Assembly: GCA_030599095.1 (NCBI GenBank)
Contig: JAUVOQ010000001.1
Location: forward strand, 1-59,061
Direction of reading: 5' to 3'
Source: Candidatus Ruthturnera sp.
GTDB taxonomy: Bacteria; Pseudomonadota; Gammaproteobacteria; PS1; Pseudothioglobaceae
DNA length: 59,061 bases
Shown: piece by piece, positions 54,787-59,061 of the stretch
How positions within the stretch are numbered: position 1 is the stretch's first letter
How the letters are laid out: each line of letters begins with the position of its first letter
The notes under the pieces: generated by a model
Told to the model about the DNA's origin: nothing
The model's input: only the letters and a program-made list of their open reading frames with translations
Database searches by the model: none
Program-made: the position numbers and the translations under genes

Positions 54787-54847
54787 TCTAAAAAGAGACT
54801 AACATACCTACGGTATCTTGTTCTTTTTTAGGGTAAAGGTTGTACTT
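54787..54847. repeat. About 60-bp hairpin repeat, copy 1
   Basis: tctaaaaagag...tctttttta...ggttgtactt; matches 57524-57585. Confidence 0.65.
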
Positions 54848-54883
54848 GGAACTTGAATGGGCGAAATAAAATAAAAGGTAAAA

Positions 54884-56215
54884 ATGAAAAAACATTATGA
54901 CATAATTGCCATTGGTGCAGGCAGTGGCGGGCTATCAGTTGTAGAGCGTGCGGCAGAGTATGGCAAAAAATGTTTAGTTATTGAAGTAAAAACCATTGGT
55001 GGCACTTGTGTTAATGCGGGTTGTGTGCCCAAAAAAGTTATGTGGTTTGCTGCCAATACTGGTGTTATGATTAAAAATGCTCAAGGCTTTGGCTTTGAGG
55101 TTGAACAAAAAGGATTTTCTTGGAAAAAACTTAAAGCAGGTCGAGATAACTATATCAAAGGCATCACTGATTGGTACGATGGCTATTTGCAAAAATTGGG
55201 CGTTGATTACATTCACGGTTTTGGGCAATTAGTTGGTAAAAATACCGTATCGGTCAATGGCAAAGAATATACCGCTGAATATATCGTTCTTTCCCCTGGT
55301 GGGGAGCCAGTTGTGCCACACATTGAAGGCGCTGAATATGGCATTACCTCTGATGGTTTTTTTGCACTAGAAGAATTTCCCAAAAAAGTGGCTGTGATTG
55401 GTGGTGGCTATATTGGCGTTGAACTGGCTGGCGTGTTAAATGCACTGGGTAGTCGAGTAGCACTTTTTAGCAGAGGAGGTAAATTATTAAGCGGTTTTGA
55501 CCCTATGATTCAAAATACACTGGATAAAGACTACTCAAATCATGGTATTACCATCCACCATAATACCCAAATTAGCAAAATTTCAAAATACAAAACCCTG
55601 TTTATTAATCAAGGTGAGTTTGCTGGGTTTGATACAATTATTTGGGCAGTTGGTCGAAAGCCAATGACACAACATTTAGGACTTGAAGTTGCTGGTGTTA
55701 AATGCGACCAAAAAGGCTTTATCCCAACAGACAAATTTCAAACCACCAATATTGACAATATTTTTGCGCTGGGTGATGCCACTGGACGTACCCCTCTCAC
55801 GCCAGTGGCAATTGCTGCGGGTAGAAGGTTATCTGATAGGCTTTACAACAATATGACCGACAGACACTTAGACTACCATAATGTTGCCACAGTGGTGTTC
55901 TCACATCCGCCAATTGGTACGATTGGACTAACTGAAGTGCAAGCTAATGAGAAATTCGACAAGGTAAAAATTTATAAATCAGAATTCACACCAATGGCTG
56001 ACGCTCTACTTAAACACAAAACCACCACCGCACTCAAACTGGTTTGTGTAGGTGATGATGAGAAAGTGGTTGGTTGTCATATCATCGGTCATGGTGCTGA
56101 TGAAATGCTACAAGGCTTTGCAGTCGCCATCAAAATGGGCGCGACTAAAAAACAATTTGACGATACGACTGCCATTCACCCTACTAGCGCAGAAGAATTA
56201 GTCACCATGCGATGA
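54884..56215 (+). CDS. gor: Glutathione-disulfide reductase
   Basis: [40 protein letters not shown]. Confidence 0.96.
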   Translation: MKKHYDIIAIGAGSGGLSVVERAAEYGKKCLVIEVKTIGGTCVNAGCVPKKVMWFAANTGVMIKNAQGFGFEVEQKGFSWKKLKAGRDNYIKGITDWYDGYLQKLGVDYIHGFGQLVGKNTVSVNGKEYTAEYIVLSPGGEPVVPHIEGAEYGITSDGFFALEEFPKKVAVIGGGYIGVELAGVLNALGSRVALFSRGGKLLSGFDPMIQNTLDKDYSNHGITIHHNTQISKISKYKTLFINQGEFAGFDTIIWAVGRKPMTQHLGLEVAGVKCDQKGFIPTDKFQTTNIDNIFALGDATGRTPLTPVAIAAGRRLSDRLYNNMTDRHLDYHNVATVVFSHPPIGTIGLTEVQANEKFDKVKIYKSEFTPMADALLKHKTTTALKLVCVGDDEKVVGCHIIGHGADEMLQGFAVAIKMGATKKQFDDTTAIHPTSAEELVTMR

Positions 56216-56334
56216 TTTTCGTCTTTTTTCTAGGGGCGGAGGGTGTAAATTAAACTCTGTAAATCCGCCTTGTCACCCTTAACTATGTCTCGTATTTTCC
56301 ATAATCTCATCAAAAAAGATACACTTTAAATTGC

Positions 56335-56357
56335 CCCGCTGGCGCTATTTGTTAGCA
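56335..56357 (-). other. Left half of an attC-like site
   Basis: Stop TAG followed by TGCTAAC aaata gcgccagcgg; 13 bp identical to 26945-26957. Confidence 0.6.
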
Positions 56358-57236
56358 CTATTTTTGTCCATAAGTTTTAACTCTTGTTTCAGTTCTTTTC
56401 CAGACAAGTCCAATTTTTTCACTACTTTCTTGAATATCTAATTTATACAAACCTCTAAATCGATACAACATATATCCTAAGTTACCCTTTACTTTTGCAA
56501 AGACAATTCTTTGGTGTCGATATTTTTCTTTATTTTTAATACGGCTCAGTACATGCTTTTTAGCCTTTAAATCATCTTCATTCCTTTCGGTGATTGTTTC
56601 TTCATCGTCAGAAATCTTGTTATTCCATTCCCCATTTGGAAATAATTTCGGAAACCAAAGCCAAATATCAGGATCGGGATGGGAAGCTCCAGCTCTTTGA
56701 TAACCAGAATAATTATGCCCAAAACAATTGCAGGCGTCCTTTATCGTTTTAAATGCAACATTATCAGAAACATCAATATAGCCTTGTAAGATATATGTCT
56801 TAGAATTGTATTCTGCATCAATATTCCAAGCGATAAACTTATCATCTATCAATTTTTTAATCTTCAATCCTTTAATCTTTTTTACTATCTCATTAATTTG
56901 AGCATTAATACTCTCAAATGATTCTTCTTCTTTAACATCAACACGCAGTATTTCATGTTCTGTTGCATTAATAATATCTGCCTCACGAATTTTATCTTCT
57001 TTGATATTTTTATCTATCAAATGATGATCTTCATCTATTTCAATATGAACATCAATCTGAGGAAAAAATAAATCTGTTAATGCTCTTTTACCATTAGGGC
57101 GAGTTACGTGTTGTTGAGTGACAAATTTAATACTAAAATCATCTATTAAATGAATAATTCTAGTAACGACATAAGCTTCATATTTTTTGTTTTTTGTTCT
57201 GCTTAATTGTCTAATAATGTATTCTTTTTTGTTCAT
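56358..57236 (-). CDS. PvuRts1I/AbaSI-family modification-dependent restriction endonuclease
   Basis: EYIIRQLSRTKNKKYEAYVVTRIIHL..D..IKFVTQQ...ALTDLFFPQ...HIEIDE.HH; C-terminal WFPKL, WNN, YRFRGLY. Confidence 0.88.
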   Translation of the reverse strand: MNKKEYIIRQLSRTKNKKYEAYVVTRIIHLIDDFSIKFVTQQHVTRPNGKRALTDLFFPQIDVHIEIDEDHHLIDKNIKEDKIREADIINATEHEILRVDVKEEESFESINAQINEIVKKIKGLKIKKLIDDKFIAWNIDAEYNSKTYILQGYIDVSDNVAFKTIKDACNCFGHNYSGYQRAGASHPDPDIWLWFPKLFPNGEWNNKISDDEETITERNEDDLKAKKHVLSRIKNKEKYRHQRIVFAKVKGNLGYMLYRFRGLYKLDIQESSEKIGLVWKRTETRVKTYGQK

Positions 57237-57422
57237 ATACGATGCAATTATTTTTTGAGTGTTAATTATTAGCATAAGGAAACACCCCCCTTATACACCC
57301 TATCCAAAATAAACCCATGTAAAAACATCATACTTTTCATCATTACAAAAACAAAATATAAATGACCTATAAGATATTAGGATAAAGATAAAGAATATTT
57401 ATCACACAAATTACATAGTTTT

Positions 57423-57505
57423 TTCTAAATTCAATTGCTATACTAGCACAAAAAAAAGAGGTTAAACAAACCTCTTTTTGTAAATTGCCATCTATCCTTT
57501 CAAAT
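57423..57505 (-). promoter_or_regulatory. Conserved leader upstream of cassette locus 2
   Basis: Aligns with 27701-27790; extended -10 motif at 57440-57448. Confidence 0.55.
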
Positions 57506-57523
57506 ATGCACCTTGTTGCTAGA

Positions 57524-57585
57524 TCTAAAAAGAGTCAATAAAACCTATGGTGACTTGCTCTTTTTTAGAGGCAAGGGTTGCACTT
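57524..57585. repeat. About 60-bp hairpin repeat, copy 2
   Basis: tctaaaaagag...ctcttttttag...ggttgcactt. Confidence 0.65.
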
Positions 57586-57776
57586 ATTTCTTTCCTTGGG
57601 GCTATAGTTCGTATAATATTACCCACTGTGTAATATTATACGTATTCTATAAAAACCGCATGATGCATTAGGGCAAATATCACCGATTGAGTGCCTTAAA
57701 ATGAATGAGGAAACGTATAAATTTACATAAATATATTATTAGGTTATAATGTAAATTGAATTAATTAAATGGAGAT

Positions 57777-58130
57777 ATGACAATGAAATTTCTTTTTGCA
57801 ATAGTGCTATTGACATTCACTCTAAGTGCGAATACATTTTGGAATAGCAACAACACCCCTAGGGGCAATGGTTACAATAATTATAATGGCTATGGTTATC
57901 AAGAAGATAATGGTATGTTTGGCTACAACCCATACAATTTTTGGAATCCTCGTTGGTACGTAGAAGAAATGGGTAATATGTTTGATGAATTTGACAACGA
58001 TAATTGGAATAACAATGGCTATTATGGTCGTAATGACCATGATTTTGCGCCCAATGGTTATGTAAATACCCCTTGGGGGCTTGGTGTTGTACCTAAAACA
58101 ACTAAGTCAGTAGCACCAACAAAAAAATAG
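57777..58130 (+). CDS. Secreted N/G/Y/W-rich protein, sulfur-globule-protein-like
   Basis: Signal peptide then FW...; low complexity; GGAG SD; followed by a terminator. Confidence 0.65.
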   Translation: MTMKFLFAIVLLTFTLSANTFWNSNNTPRGNGYNNYNGYGYQEDNGMFGYNPYNFWNPRWYVEEMGNMFDEFDNDNWNNNGYYGRNDHDFAPNGYVNTPWGLGVVPKTTKSVAPTKK

Positions 58131-58148
58131 TATAAAAGTTATGATTAG

Positions 58149-58174
58149 AAAACCAGCACTAGTTGCTGGTTTTT
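58149..58174 (+). terminator. Intrinsic terminator
   Basis: aaaaccagca ctagt tgctggttttt. Confidence 0.82.
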
Positions 58175-58236
58175 AGTTAAAAGTAAGGCGTTAGGTTTAT
58201 AATGACAATCAATTAATAATTAAGGAGTAAAAAAAT

Positions 58237-58725
58237 ATGAAAAAAATAATAACAATTTCCTTGTTGGTATTAATGCTCAATTCTGCTGCAAATTGGGGCA
58301 ATAGTTGGAATGGCAACAAACCAATAAATTTTAGTAACAATGCACCTTGGGGCAATAGTAATTTTAACAATACATCATGGAATGGTAATACTTGGGGTGG
58401 CATGCCTTGGAACGGCAATGGTTTAAACAATTCATCTTGGGGCAACGGTAATACTTGGGGGGGGTCTCCTTGGGATAATAACAATTCTTTTACGCCGTTC
58501 AGAGCTCATAATAATTTCAACCCTTTTAATAATGGTAATGGGCAAGCATTTGGTTTGAATGCTGGTGCCACACCTTGGGAGGGTAATACCAATCCCAATT
58601 TGTTTAAACCAATAAATAGCAGCCCTTGGAATTATGGTTACAACCAAGAAATTCCTGTAACAGCCGAAACAGAAAATAATGAGACTTTAATACCAACCGA
58701 AGACGAAGATACTAAAAAAGAATAA
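58237..58725 (+). CDS. Secreted N/G/W/P repeat protein, sulfur-globule-protein-like
   Basis: Signal peptide; repeated WGN, PWN and GNTWGG; acidic tail. Confidence 0.65.
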   Translation: MKKIITISLLVLMLNSAANWGNSWNGNKPINFSNNAPWGNSNFNNTSWNGNTWGGMPWNGNGLNNSSWGNGNTWGGSPWDNNNSFTPFRAHNNFNPFNNGNGQAFGLNAGATPWEGNTNPNLFKPINSSPWNYGYNQEIPVTAETENNETLIPTEDEDTKKE

Positions 58726-58921
58726 GAATAAGGGAACAGTGTGGCTTCCCACCACTTGACCGGACACTAACACATATTTTATTTTTTGTATCAATAATCT
58801 TTTTTTGGGTTTGGGACAAAGCCCCAACTTGGAACTTGTTCTAAGCTCTAACTTAAGCCTTAGAAGTTTATTGTAAGTTAGGGAGTTTTGTTGATAAAAC
58901 AACTGCTCAATAAACACAACA

Positions 58922-59061
58922 ATGACAAAAAATACCAATTATTATTACATATCGGCTTACCAAAAACTGCAACCACCAGTTTGCAACACAATGTTCTGTA
59001 TCCACTGCACCAAGAAGGCAAGATTAATTTTTTAGGTGCTGTTTTGAGTAACAGTTTGAGT
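58922..59061 (+). CDS. Sulfotransferase-like protein, N-terminus (runs off the window)
   Basis: MTKNTNLLLHIGLPKTATTSLQ resembles the 5'-PSB loop. Confidence 0.65.

Overview
AT-rich gammaproteobacterial chromosome segment. Gene content (CbbR-like LysR, TauE, sulfur-globule-like proteins) and gene order suggest a SUP05/Thioglobaceae sulfur-oxidising symbiont; this is an inference. Most of the window is housekeeping genes: purU, ubiA, rluC, tatD, rarA, pyrB, dprA-smg-topA, trpF/trpB, glmU, rpmE, metR/metE, truA, tsaD, comM, dusA, ftsA-lpxC, ilvIHC, pssA, leuA, queH, argF/argD, mgtE and gor. Accessory DNA includes: (1) an integrase-less integron-type cassette cluster with attC-like sites at 26.6-27.7 kb, and a second cassette-like gene (PvuRts1I/AbaSI family) at 56.3-57.2 kb that shares a non-coding upstream sequence with the first locus; (2) three different modification-dependent restriction modules: a PLD + DpnI-like winged helix next to a truncated Dam-like methylase, McrBC, and PvuRts1I; (3) at least two MITE families, one of which sits directly before start codons with target-site duplications and swaps terminal repeats; (4) internally deleted ISL3, IS481 and IS256 remnants; (5) a Fic gene behind a tripled 40-bp unit inside the trp genes; (6) a cytochrome b-SHP-DHC cluster. 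I saw no rRNA, tRNA, CRISPR array or integron integrase. All family calls come from motif recognition by eye, not database searches.
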